NCBI GenBank assembly: GCA_030264375.1
Contig: JASCQW010000081.1
Coordinates: 71,905,233 to 71,969,232, forward strand
From: Carcharhinus longimanus
Taxonomy: Eukaryota
Direction: 5' to 3'
Length of the DNA stretch: 64,000 nucleotides
Made by a program: the position numbers and the translations under genes. Below the pieces are notes generated by a model. It made no database searches. It was not told where the DNA came from and saw nothing but the letters and a program-made list of their open reading frames with translations. Numbering within the stretch: the stretch's first letter is position 1; every line of letters begins with the position of its first letter. Of this stretch, positions 35,760 through 48,480 are shown piece after piece.

Positions 35760-36010
35760 ATACCAGCAATAACTTCCCTATTCTTAAATAGTGCCACCGC
35801 ATCTTTTATATCCATCTAAGGGTGCAGACAAGGCTTTGCTTTAATATCCCATTCAAAAGACAGCACCTTTGACAGAACAGCATTTCCTCAGTACTGCATT
35901 GGCGTGCCAACTTTGATTTTTATGCTTAAGTCCTGGAGTCAATCTTGAACCTGGAATCTTGTGATTCAGAGGCAAGTGTCTACCAACTGAGGCATGGCTA
36001 ACACCTTCGC
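35760..36010 (-). mobile_element. DeuSINE (SacSINE1-like)
   Basis: Minus strand: tRNA-like head (tcagttggtagacacttgcctctgaatcacaag..ggttcaag) followed by gcagtactgagg..tgctg...ggtgctgtcttttgaatg, Deu-domain-like. Confidence 0.65.
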
Positions 36011-36539
36011 CATGCTGTCCCTGATGTTGCTGATTAATATTAACATGCAACATTTTATACTTCACAGACCTGACTGTTATTAACAACTTCTTTTGTCTAC
36101 CAGCAACAACTCAACAGTAATAATTTGCATTTATATAGTTTTTTAACATCATTGTGGTAGGAATTGTTTGAACTGCAGGAAATAAAAAAAAAACGGGATT
36201 CTCGAAAAAAAATCTAAGTGCCCAAGATGGGGGAAACGGGAGTACTTCCCGTCCACTGATCATCAACCAGGTCCAGTAACAGGACCTAAAACAGGCACAA
36301 AGCCTCTTTTTACAGATGTAAATGGTGTATTGCCCATCCCAGCAGTCCAGGCATCCATGCAGGATTTTGTCCCAAAAACTGGTTTTGATGCATACTATTT
36401 TACACTAGTGAAGCGGGCAGAACAAAAAAACAATTTCTACTACTTTGTCTCTATACATCAGACCTTCAGTGTATAATCTCCAGTATGTGTCTTTATGTCC
36501 CTAGCCTTGTGTGTTAACCTTCAGTAGTAGTTAACTGCA

Positions 36540-36742
36540 TACTCCTAGTTATCTGTATATCCCTAGTTATCTGCAGTAGTTATCTATATACCCCTAGTTT
36601 TCTGCAGTAATCTATATACCTCATTTATCTGTAGTAGTTATCTGTATAACCCTAGTTATCTGCAGTAATCTACAAACCCTAGTTATCTGCAGTAGTTATC
36701 TGTATACCCCGAGTTATCTGCAGTAATTTGCATACCCCTAAT
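36540..36742. repeat. Minisatellite of alternating ~32/~28-bp units (ccctagttatctgcagta[gtt]atctgtatac)
   Basis: About 7 units are directly visible. Confidence 0.9.
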
Positions 36743-38054
36743 TTGTAAGCGCCAGCAGCCAATAACTTTTTAGTCTTAAATTGCTTGTCCCATCATTATC
36801 CTATGAGACAGCTGTTTTAATTTGCCAAGAAGACAATCTCTTGTTTCTTCGCTTATCTATTTAATTGTTCAAGACCTCCCTGTTGTGATCCGAATTAGAA
36901 AAGACAGATTAACGTTTGAGCTGGGAACCCTCATCAGATGTTCTGATGAAGCGTTGCATCAAAATATTAGTGTCTCCTTCTCTTTCAGATGTTGTGCAGA
37001 CATTACGCATTCATTAAATGCTCTGATTCTCACTTTGAAGGTTAAGTAATGGCCGGCATGGGTTATGATACAATGGGTAACACCCCTGCCTCTGAGTCAG
37101 TAGCTTCAGGTTCAAGTCTCACGCCAAGAATGTAATTTCCTGGCTCGTCTCTACCACCCTTCTTGAAAAGTGGAACCACATTAGCTGTGCTTCAGTCCTC
37201 AGGCTTGCATTCCCCCAACCACCCTTCCCCCCTCCAGCCCATGCCCCACATAAGAGTGGGACAGACTTGATTGGCCGTACTTGATCTAGAATAGCACTCC
37301 TCAAGCTATAAAGTGACAGACTCACGATCAGTTCCAGGAATTACTAGCTATGGAAACAGATAATAATCTCCCTGAGTGCACCATTAAATGAAAGCAGAGA
37401 ATTGGAACGGAATGGCTTGTGAGTATCTCTCCTGTGAGGGCAATACTGGATCAACCACTTGTGACCATGCCCTCCAGGCTGCTGGAGGATGCGTGGTAGG
37501 AAATTGGAGGAGTATTTAATGAATGGCAGGACATTAGAAAGTTCAGAGGATCAGAGGGATCTTGACGTAATTATTCACAGAACTCTGAAAGTTGCAGACC
37601 AGGTGAATAGGGTAGTTAATAACATAAGAGCCTGCCCCGCCATTCAATAAGGTCATGGTTGATCTGAAGTGGATCAGTTCCACTTTACCGCTCTCTCCCC
37701 ATAACCCTTAATTCCCTTGTCTATCAGAAATCTATCTACCCGTGACCTAAATATATTCAAAGAGATAGCCNNNNNNNNNNNNNNNNNNNNNNNNNNNNNN
37801 NNNNNNNNNNNNNNNNNNNNNNNNNNNNNNNNNNNNNNNNNNNNNNNNNNNNNNNNNNNNNNNNNNNNNNGAGTGGTGTCTTAAGACACAGGAAGGATCC
37901 TGAGACAGTCAGTAACCCTGAGGTGCACATGGAAAGGCCCCGGGACACACACGGAGGGCTCTGTGACACGGAGGGACCCTGAAATCTCACTATCTAACAG
38001 GAAGAATATTCCAGATCTGTTCCTGATTGTGTAGGTGACCTCGGCCAGGGAGGG

Positions 38055-38960
38055 AAGGATTGATCAAGGACAGTGAGCATGGTTTTGTAAGAGGGAGATC
38101 ATGTCAATCAAACGTGGCTGGATTTTTTTCGAGGTGGTGGTGTGTAGATGAGGGCAGTGCAGTTGATGTGGTCTACATGGGCTTCAGTAAGACAAGGTCC
38201 CAACATGGAGATAAGAGTCCATTGGATCCAGGGCAATCTGGCAAATTAGATCCAAAATTAGCTTCGTGGCAGAAGCAGAAGGTCCAAAGATCCCCTGAAG
38301 GCAGCAGGACAGGTAGGGAAGGTGGTTAAGAAGGTGTAATGGGATACTTGCCTTTATTAACTGAGGCAGTGACTATAAGAGCAGGGAGATGATGATGGAG
38401 CTGTATAAAACACTGCTTAGGCCACAGCTGGAGTACTGTGTGCACTCCTGGTCACCTCACTACAGGAAGGATGTGGTAGCATTAGTGAAGGTACAGAGGA
38501 GGTTCACCAGGATGTTGCCTGGGATGGAGCATTTGAGCTATAAGGAGAGACTAGATAGGCTTGGATTGTTTTCTTCAGAGCAGAGAAGGCTGAGGGGGGA
38601 TATGATTGAGGTATATAAGATTATGAGGGGTACAGACAGGGTGAGTAGGGAACAGCTATTCCCCTTGATGGAGGGGTCAATCACGAGGGAGCTTAGTTTT
38701 AAGGTGAGGGGCAGGAGATTCAAAGGGGACTTGAGAAAAAACATTTTCATTCAGAGGGTGGCGGGAATATGGAATGCACTGCCTGGGAAGGTAGTGGGAG
38801 CCAGAAACATTCCAACTTTTAAATGTATTTGGATGATCACATGAAACATCAGAACATTCAAGGATATGGGATTAGTGCAACTTTAGTGGTAGTTCATGTT
38901 GGTGCAGACTCGTTGGGCGAGAGGAGGTCCTTTTCTGCTCTGTATGAATCTGTGACTCTG
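38055..38960 (+). mobile_element. CR1/HER1-type LINE with internal deletion
   Basis: HGFVRGRSC...VDVVYM.FSK jumps to LYKTLLRPQLEYCV.SWSPHYRKD...WNALP; 3' tail tgaatctgtgactct. Confidence 0.9.
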
Positions 38961-39867
38961 TGCAGACTATCTACTTCACCTTGGTCTTGACATTAACCTT
39001 GAGTTACCCTGTTTTGTCTCCAGATCCTGCTCTGCAGTACTTTTCCTCATATTGGTTGTGCTCTGGTTCCAATTGGTTCATTGCAGGATAGGGCACTTCG
39101 ACAATATATGCAAGACACAGTCTGTCTAGCCTGAGGCCAGCAGCGACAAAAATAGAAACAGAATAACAGTGTAGAACATTTTCCCTGACAAAAAAAACTG
39201 CCTGCTTAGCATTTGGATTAGATTTATCTATAAACCCTGACCTTCAGACCTCTGGATGCTATAATAGCTCTGCTAGCCACTGACTTGCTTTAGTGCTGAT
39301 GGCTCGGAGGATGAAATAGACTGTAGCACAGCCAAGGGATTGCATAATTGGAAATAAAACATGAGAAAAGCTTACAACCAACTCCACTCTCTAAAGGTGC
39401 TTCAGAAGACAGTTTACCTCCAGCAAAATGGAATCATTGCACGCGTGTGTTGCCATTAATTTAGGTAGAAAGTGTGCTGAGCATAAATAATGCAAGGTAA
39501 CAGAGAAAACATAGCCTGGCATTTCTCTTCCACCGACATGATTAAACAGCGGCACTTTAATTATACTCATTCGGACGTACTTAATTGCATTACAAGCAAA
39601 TCGAGCTTGCTCCCCCACCCCCAGATGAGAATTAATAAGTGAAATTCATTATGTTAGTGATTAATCCAGTGAGAAACCAACTGTGGCTGCCCTTTATTGC
39701 AGTAAAAGTAACCAAGCAGCTACAAGGCTGTGAGATACACAATTGAAACTGTGAGTAGAAGAGGCATATTCTGGATTCTCAGCATGACTCTGATGTCATT
39801 TCGGAAGCTTACAAAGTAACAATATCAATAGAGACCCAGGCTGTGGGAAAGCACGCTGATATATCGA

Positions 39868-40412
39868 AGCCAGAAGCAGGGGAAGGCCATTCGGCCCTTC
39901 GAGGCTGCTCCGCCATTCATTACGATCATAGTTGACCATCAAATTCAACATCCTGATCGTCCTTTCCTGTCATTTCCTTTTATCCCCTTAAACACTGTAT
40001 CTAATTTCTTCTTGAAATCACACAATGTTTTTCTCAACTGTTTTCTGTGGTAGTGAGTTCCACACACATTCGCTATACTCTTAGTGAAAAAATTTCTCCT
40101 CATCTCAGTTCCAAAAAATTTACACTTTATCCTCAAACTATGACCTGTAGTTCTGGACTCCCCCACCATTGGGAACATTCTTTCTGAACCTACCCTGTCT
40201 AGCCCTGTTAGAACTTTATAGTTTTTATGAGATCTCCTCTCGCTCTTCTAAACTCCAGCGAAAGCAACCCTAACTGACTTAGCCTCTCCTCATATGGCAG
40301 ACTTGCCATCCCAGGAATCAGCCTATTAAAGCTTTGCTGTACTCCCTCTAGAGCAAGGATATCTTTCCTCAGATAAAGAAACTGCACACAATACTCCAGG
40401 TGTGACCTCACC
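39868..40412 (-). mobile_element. CR1 LINE 3' fragment
   Basis: [51 protein letters not shown]. Confidence 0.88.
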
Positions 40413-40545
40413 AACACCCAACACCAGAAATCAGCCACACAGCACAGAAAATGCAGTAGACACAAGGTACTGAACACATGCTGACTGTCCAACCATCCTA
40501 TTCCAAATTTACACATTCTTTTTTGCTGACCCCTTCCTTCCACAT

Positions 40546-40860
40546 GGGTGGCATTGTGGCATCGTGGTTAGCATTGTTGCCTCACAGCACCACGGACCCG
40601 GGTTCAATTCTGGGCTTGGGTGACTCTCTGTGTAGAGTCTGCACATTCTCCCTGTGTCTGTGTGGGTTTCCTCTGGGTGTCCTGGATCCCCCCATATTCC
40701 AAAGATGTGTAGGCTAGGCTGATTAAATTGCCCCATTTTGTCAAGGAGACTAGCAGGGTAAATAAGTGAGGTTATGGAGATAGGGCCTGGGTAGGATTGT
40801 GGTCAATGCAGATGTGATGAGCCGAGTGGCCTCCTTTTGCACTCTACGATTCAATGATTT
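40546..40860 (+). mobile_element. HE1-type SINE
   Basis: Head, V-domain and CR1-type tail. Confidence 0.8.
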
Positions 40861-41689
40861 TATTTTGTAGGTTGCTTTCAGCTACTCATCTGAATGGATT
40901 TTGAGTTTTGTAAATTTTAATCAGTAAGGGAATCACAGGTTATGGGGATAAGGCGGGCAAGTGGAGTTGGGGATTACTGGATCATTCATGACCTCATTGA
41001 TGGTGGAGCAGATTCGATGGGCTGAATGGCCTACTTCTGTATAGTAGAGGTCATACGACACATTCTATTCTATTCTATGATACACATATTCTCTCAATGA
41101 TACCAACTGCACCTACCACCACCCTCCCCCCGCCAACACCCTTATGCAGGGTGCAAAGTGGGATTGCTGTTGGAATAAATGTCTTGCTTTATAGTAGCAA
41201 TCCTCTCTCTTCCTTGGGAATGCACATTGACAGAAAGATGAAGGGGATCCTGAAGGGGAAATGCTTACAAAGTCAGTAGATAGGAGTTTTCTGTGAATAA
41301 AATGTGAGCTTGTTGGGTCATGTGGTCTTTTTCCTGGACTCTGAGATTTATGTGCAGCCACTTTGTATGTTGGAGCCACTCATTCCATGGTCAGCCAGCC
41401 TGCATTCTGTCGGAAACTTCCATTTTCAGATGCAGTTATGATTTCCTGATATTAATCCATTTCACGGCTGAAAAGGTTATCAGGAGGAGGTCTTATCTCC
41501 CTCTCGCTGGTGGAAAATGGGAATTAAAAAGAATTAAAATACTTTTCCGCTCTGATTCCACCCCTCGGCCTTTATTAAGTTGCAGCTTTCCTGGACATCT
41601 GAAGAGCCTGCCTGAATGACAGCTGCTGCAGAAATATATCAGGATCCTAGCCATTGTGAAGGCCAAGGGAATGCAAACGCTCCACGCAG

Positions 41690-41928
41690 TGTTAAAGTTA
41701 ATTTATTAGTATCGCACATCGGCTTACATTAACGCTGCCATGAAATTACTATGAAAATCCTCTAGTCGCCACACTCCAGCGCCTGTTCGAGTACACTGAG
41801 GGAGAATTTAGCATGACCAATGCACCTGACCAGCATGTCTTTCAGACTGTGGGAGGAAACTGGAGCACCCAGAGGAAACCCTGGCACTATGGGGCAGCAA
41901 CGCTAACTACTGTGCCACCATGCCGCCC
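41690..41928 (-). mobile_element. V-SINE, alternative tail, internally deleted
   Basis: Matches the 4095 copy but lacks the B-box region. Confidence 0.8.
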
Positions 41929-42404
41929 AATTGAGGATAAGACTACGTACAGACGTGGTTAACTAGGAAACAATGGATCATGTGTCTGACTCTGAATGTT
42001 TCAGCTGGTGACTAAACACAAATTGTGGGACCAATACATCACATCATCTCAAGGTACTAGTGATTGACAGCAGTTTAAGTTGTGCCTCCTCAAATGTAAT
42101 ACACTTATTTTTATGTGTTCCAAGGGATCTGGGCATTGCTGGCTAGGCCAACACCTAATACCCATCCCTAATTGCCCATGAGAAGGTGGTGGTGAGCTGC
42201 CTTCTTGAACCACTACAGTCTATGTGGTGTAGATACATCCACAGAACTGTTAGGGAGGGAATTCCAGGATTTTGACCCAATAACAGTGAAGGAACACCTT
42301 CCTTCAGCCTCTTGAAAACTTATAAAGTTAGTATTTTCAATGAAAATCAGGAAATGGGAGGCATGCTGAATAAATACTTTGTATCAGAGAGGTCAATATG
42401 CCAG

Positions 42405-42655
42405 AATTTTGATTCCCAGCTTGGGTCACTGTCTGTGTGAAGTCTGCACGTTCTCCTCGTGTCTGCGTGGGTTTCCATGTGATGCTCTGGTTTCCCCTCA
42501 CAGTTTGAAAGCCTTGCTGGTTAAGTGCATTGATCAGGATGAATCCTCCCTCGGGCACCAGAGTGTGGCGACTAAGGGATTGTCACAGTAACTTTAGTGC
42601 GTTGTTAATGTAAGCCTTCTTGTGACACTAATAAATAAACATTAAACTTAAACTT
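42405..42655 (+). mobile_element. V-SINE, alternative tail, 5'-truncated, inside a CR1 fragment (to ~43235)
   Basis: gattcccagcttgggtcact...gtaagccttcttgtgacactaataaataaac. Confidence 0.8.
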
Positions 42656-43608
42656 TCGATAGCCCCAGAGAACTAATACTGAAACCGGGCAGGGAGTTAC
42701 CAAAATTAATCAAAACAATATAACAGTATTGAAGAACATAATGGCATTAAAGAGTGACAACCTCCCAGGAGCAGGTGGTTTCCACCCCTGTGGTTTAAAG
42801 GGAGCTGGCCAGAACATTGTACATGACTGAGCAACAATCGACCCAAAGTTCTCTCAATCCAGGAATCGTTTTTTTACATTGAACATAATGCAAATTTCAG
42901 TCTGCTATTTAAGAAGTGAAAGAGAGAAATGAGGAAATTAATGACTTGTTAGCTCATTGTTACTGGGGAATTAGTGGAGTCTGTAATTAAGGACAGGATG
43001 ACTGAACACCTCAAATATTTTCAGCTGCTCACAGAGAGGCAGCATGGATGTGGCAAGGGTGGGTCATAACACATGAGACTGCTTGAGTGTTTTGAAGAGG
43101 TGATGAAAGTAGTGGCAGGGGATGTCCATGGATGTTATATGTATAGACTTCCAGAAGTCAATTGATAAAGTGCCTCCAAAATGAGGCTGTTAGTTAACAT
43201 TGAAGCCCATGGAATTGGAGACAAATTATTGACCTGAAAGGGTGGGAGAGGGGATGAAAGGGATGGATGGGAGGGAGGGGGCAGGNNNNNNNNNNNNNNN
43301 NNNNNNNNNNNNNNNNNNNNNNNNNNNNNNNNNNNNNNNNNNNNNNNNNNNNNNNNNNNNNNNNNNNNNNNNNNNNNNNNNNNNNGGGGACAGAGGGGGG
43401 TACTTTGCATCAGGGATCAAGGAGGGGTGATATCTGGGGAGATGCCTCACTCTGAAGGACTCTTCAGAGTTTGGGAATCCTCTTCACCAGGATGTCTGAG
43501 CCCAGGAACATCCTCCCCATTCCCCTCACCCCCACCTCCCTTGCCTGCCCTGTGATCTCTCTTTTGCAAACTCTCACAGGCATCCCCTATCCTCCTGTTT
43601 CTGGGATC

Positions 43609-43858
43609 CCTGGACTTACCCTCCCAATGATCCCAGGACTTAATCTCCCAATAGACTCAGGATTTACCCTCCCAATGACCCCAGAGCTTACCCTCCCAAT
43701 GATCCCAGGACTTAATCTCCCAATAGACATAGGATTTACCTTACCAGTGGTCTCAGGACTTATCCATGCAATGGTCCCAGGACCTATCCTCCCAATGGTC
43801 CCAGGACCTACCCCCCCCACAATGGTTCCAGACTTATCCTCCCAAAGGTCCCAGAACT
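43609..43858. repeat. 24-bp minisatellite (ccaggacttaccctcccaatgatc)n, ~10 units
   Basis: Directly visible; produces the PGLTLPMI-type repeats in ORF 43471-43896. Confidence 0.9.
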
Positions 43859-45097
43859 GCTTCCCACCACTGCAGTGTTGTGCCAAAATGGGTTGAAGAG
43901 CTGTCAGCTAATCATCATGGGCAGGACTTCCTTCCCGTGTCCACTGCCCATCAATGTTCACTTGAGCATTAAATGGCAGTGGGAGTTCCAGAGTCAGCAG
44001 TTGCGCATTCAGCACCAACTCTTGGCATAGTGAGTGCTGATCAATTGCTATCCTTAAAATCTGACCCATAGTTTACAAAATCAAAAGAATATCAAAAAAA
44101 TCAATAGGAAGTTTTGATGAATAATGTTTAAATAATCCTGCCATAGCAGTTACTCATTGCATGTTATTTTAGACATTACTTTGAGGGCAGTGAAATCAGC
44201 AAATCTACGGTTGTTTCAAATGCTGCCCCACAAGAAGACTCCTTCAACATCATCTTTGTTGGCAAGGTTCATCACTGCTTCCTGTGCAAGATTCAATAAA
44301 CCAGACAACAGTGTAAATCCTTGTCTCACACCAACCATTGATGTAAACCCTTCCTATCAACTCTAATGGTGCTCGGAGACCTGTTATAGATGTTTTTTTA
44401 ATCAGTTTGCCAAGTTTCTTTGGAGTAACAGCACTGATTCTCAAACCAGACACATTATCACTTCCTGCCAAGCTCTATCAAAGACCTGCTTACAAACTAT
44501 GAAGCTGTTGCAAAATGAATATGGCGTTCTATAAATTCTGCAAAACCTGTCTTTTCTCACACAGCTAACACAATCAAGCGCTGACAAGGGCGCATGTGGA
44601 GAATAGTAATTTTCAATTAGACTGACTTAAAGATGAGAAAGGTCATGCAATTTTGAAAGCATCAGGGAGATGTGCAAATTAACGTCGGAGGGAACGACGA
44701 TGAACAGATCAAAATGCTTGTGGGTTAGTGGCAGGGAACAGGAGTTGTGAAAAAGACATCAAAAGAAGGATTAAAGTTACTCCTGCTCTTTTTGTATAAT
44801 TAAGCAGGATATAGCTGAGCTAAAAGCTCAGGCACGTACCTTTATTGCATATTATTACATGGAGCTGAGTGTTGGAACATGAGAAAAGTTGATGAGCATT
44901 AAATATTAATAGCAGAGGTGTGTTGATCAAGAGGATTAATAGAAAATATTGCAGGATACAAAGGATCAAATACTTATTAGCAGGCTTGAACACATTGCAG
45001 TTTTTTTTTAACAAATCTGTTAACTGTGTAATGATGAAACAAAATGATCCTAACACCAACAGATCAATTCAAAGCTCTGCAGCCCTGCCACATTTTG

Positions 45098-45425
45098 GGG
45101 TGGCACGGTGGCACAGTGGTTAGCACTGCTTCCGCACAACACCAGGTACCCAGGTTTGATTCCCAACTTGGATCACTCTCTGTGTGGAGTTTGCACATTC
45201 TCCCCGTGACTGCATGGGCTTCCTCCGGGTTTTCTGGTTTCCTCCCACAGTCCAAAGATGTGCAGGTTAGGTGCATTGACCATGCTAAATTGCCCTTAGT
45301 ATTAGGGGGATTAGCTAGGGTAAGTGCATGGGGTTATAGGGATGGGGACTGGGCGGGATTGTGGTTGGTGTAGACTTGATGGGCCGAGCAGCCTCCTTCT
45401 GCACTGTAGGATTCTATGATTCTAT
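45098..45425 (+). mobile_element. HE1-type SINE, full length
   Basis: ggggtggcacggtggcacagtggttagc...attctatgattcta. Confidence 0.9.
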
Positions 45426-46467
45426 CCAGCTGTGAATGGTGGGGGAACAATTGAATGACTAAATGGATTTGCAAACATCCCCATCCTTAATGATGGAGGA
45501 GGCCAGCACTGCAGTGAAAAAGACAAGACTGAAGCATTTGCGAAAACCTGCAGTTAGAAGTGCCGAGTGGATGATCCACCTCTTGAAGTCCCCAGCACCA
45601 CAACGTTAGCCTTTATCCATGTGATATCAAGAAAATGGCACAAGGCACTGGATACTGCAAATGCTATGCGTGCTGACAACATCGTAGATGTCATACTAAT
45701 GACTTGTGCTCCACAACTGGGCACCCTCCCTAGCAAAGTGATTCTAGAATGGCTAAAACACTGGCGTCTAACCAAAAATTGAAAATTGCTCAGCTGTGTC
45801 CTGTCCCCAAAAAACAGGACAGATCCGCTCTAACCATATACTGCCTCAACCAGCAGCGCACGGTGACAGCAGTGTGTACCATCTACGGGATGTACTGTAG
45901 CGCTTTGTCAATTAAAACTTCTTTAATAGCTGCTTTCAAACTCACAACCCCTGCCAACTAGGAGAACAAGGACAGCAGGCACCTGGGAACTTGACTAGCT
46001 ACAAATTTCCCTCCATGTCATAAACAATCCTTACTTGGAACTATATTGCTTTTCCTTCACTAACTTAGGAGCTCTCTTCCAACAACGTCGTCAGTGCACC
46101 TACAGCACTTGGAATGCAGTGGTTCAAGAAGGCAGCTCATTTGTTCTGCATTTGCTTATGCAGGTCTGTTTACTATTGATGTTCACTGTGCTTGATCGGT
46201 TAAGGCGGAGCAAGAACTGAGAGTAGAGTTAAAGCTGTTGAAGGAGTTGGAAGTTCGAGCTGAAGCATGGAATAGACATTTGAAAGAACTGTGAATGAAA
46301 CAGTTACATACAGTAAACTAGTGTCATCTCTGTGTAGATCCAAGATATAAAGTATACAACACTCATCGCACCTTCTCAAGGGCAAATAAGGATAGGTGAC
46401 AAATACTGGTCTTGCCAGTAACGTTCACATCCCATGCTGAGTTTAAAAAAAAATGCTTAAATTAGTT

Positions 46468-46886
46468 CATGCAGTCCTCGACTTGATAACTTTCAAGTTA
46501 CAATGAACAGCACATACAAACTTTACAAATTGATATCCTATTTTGACTTTGTGACACCTTGCCAGTGAACTGTTGGTCTTTCCCAATTGTTACATTCTTT
46601 TATGTTCCACCTTTCACAGGAACAGCAGGTTACTTCTCAGATATAGTGTGGAAGTGTCTTTGAAAGTGTAGACACTATTATATCAAAGGAAATATACTAC
46701 TGTAAGGCAATTATACTGAAGCACGATCTCAAAAATGTTTCACCATTGAGTAAAAATAACATTTTGCTTTATGACCCAGGAACCAATCTCCCATTTATAA
46801 CATTGTTAAAACCAGTTCTGATATATGAGGTTTCGACTTATAATGCAGTTTTTGGGAACCAATTATGCCCAAGCAAAGACTGCCTG
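46468..46886. mobile_element. Tigger/pogo-like MITE (old)
   Basis: Degenerate TIRs catgcagtcctcgactt / aagcaaagactgcctg followed by TA. Confidence 0.5.
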
Positions 46887-47679
46887 TACAATGAATTTTT
46901 GTTACAAAAAGTCTATATTTTGAAAGGGTGTACAGAACTGCACTTCCTCTCATCCCAACACATTCCCCCCAACCTCCCCCTCCCTACCCCAAAACTGCTG
47001 CACCATTTTTATGCCTCCAGCATCTGACAGAGTATGATATTGAATCTGCGCCGTGCCCATCTGAGCAGAAAACACAATCACAAAGTGGCCGCCAGGAGAC
47101 CAAAGGACGTTGGTTGCTCTTTCGCTAGTGACACTTGGGAAATTTCTNNNNNNNNNNACATTGTGTCAAAATAGCAGTGTGTTTCTGAAATCAACAAAAC
47201 CTAAGTCAGAAACTGTCAAGCCTCAATTATCTTGAGGCCTGTTGCATTTTTCTTGGTGCACTGGGGTTATAGTCCATGATAGTTGTTCTCTTCTTATGCA
47301 GTCCCTCAGGATTGAGGAAGACTTCCTCAATGGGTCCACTTCAATGGGTCTGGGATGTCTGATCAGTCCAGTGGACTATCATAACTTGAACAAAAGGAGT
47401 GTCCCATTTCAGACAGGGACCGAGAAGATTTTTTTTCTCGGTGTTGTGAGCCTTTGGAGGTCTCTTTATCCCCAGAGCAGTGGAGGGGCGGAGTAATTGA
47501 ATATTTTCAAGTCAAAGATATATAGATTCTTGACTAACGAGGGAGTCACAGTTTATCGGGGTGGGCAGAGTGTGGAGGCCACAATCAGATCTCACTGAAT
47601 GGCAGAGCAGCCTCAAGGGACCAAATAGCGTCTTCCTGCTCCTAATTGGTTTGTTGGTATGATCTGCTGTCTCAGTCAC

Positions 47680-48480
47680 ATGCAGGGCGGGTGGTTAGGT
47701 GGATGAGTTGTTTGGAGATTTGTGAGCCCTCTCCCGTGCCTCAACATCATCTCTACACATTCCCAACAAAGTCTCTCAATGTGTTCGATGATTTCTCACT
47801 GAATGAAATGATCCTTCTCCATTTTGGTTGGTCAGAAACCAGGGACCCATCATGAGCTGTTGGGGAATGTTTGACCTCTTCAGGGATACTTTGAGGACAT
47901 CCCTAACGCGTTTCCACAATCCTCCTGGGAGCCTCCTGCTGCAACTGAGGTCTGAGTAGAGCATTTCTCAGAGACACTGGTGTCAGGCATATCATAGAAT
48001 CATTACAATGCAGAAGCATTTGACCCATCAAGTCTGTACCGACCACAATCCCACCCAGTCCCTATTCCCATAGCCCCATGAACTTACCCTCACTAGTCCG
48101 CTGACACTAAGGGGCAATTTAGTACGGCCAATCCACCTAACCCACACATCTTTGGACTGTGGGAAGAAACTAGAGCACCGGGAGGAAACTCACGCATTCC
48201 TGAGGAGAACGTGCAAACTCCACACAGACAGTGACCCAAAATGGGAATTGAACCCAGGTCCCTGGCGTTGTGAGGCAGCAATGCTAACTGCTCTGCCACC
48301 GTGCTGCTAGAACAATATGTGGGCCCAACAGAACTGGCATTGAGTTAATGCCTAGATGCTGGAAGAAAGAGCTGTTCTCTGATATAGAGTGTAACTCAGG
48401 CGCGATATGATGGTGTACTTTGGCTTTTACATTAAACTCCAATCTTTTGCTCAGACCATACTTGGACACGGAGAAAGGAA
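47680..48480 (-). mobile_element. RTE-clade LINE fragment with inserted HE1 SINE (47993-48306, minus)
   Basis: LYSDLSCSRRLPGGLWKRVRDVLKVSLKRSNIP resembles the RTE C-terminus (LYGEL..G.R..GGQ.KR.KD.LK.SL); the upstream part resumes beyond the SINE. Confidence 0.7.

Noticed and set aside
38389-38844. 151-aa ORF as a functional RT gene
   Set aside because: C-terminal CR1 ORF2 piece with the catalytic core deleted.
40583-40603. RE1/NRSE-like CAGCACCACGGAC
   Set aside because: Lies in a SINE head and lacks the GGACAG right half-site.
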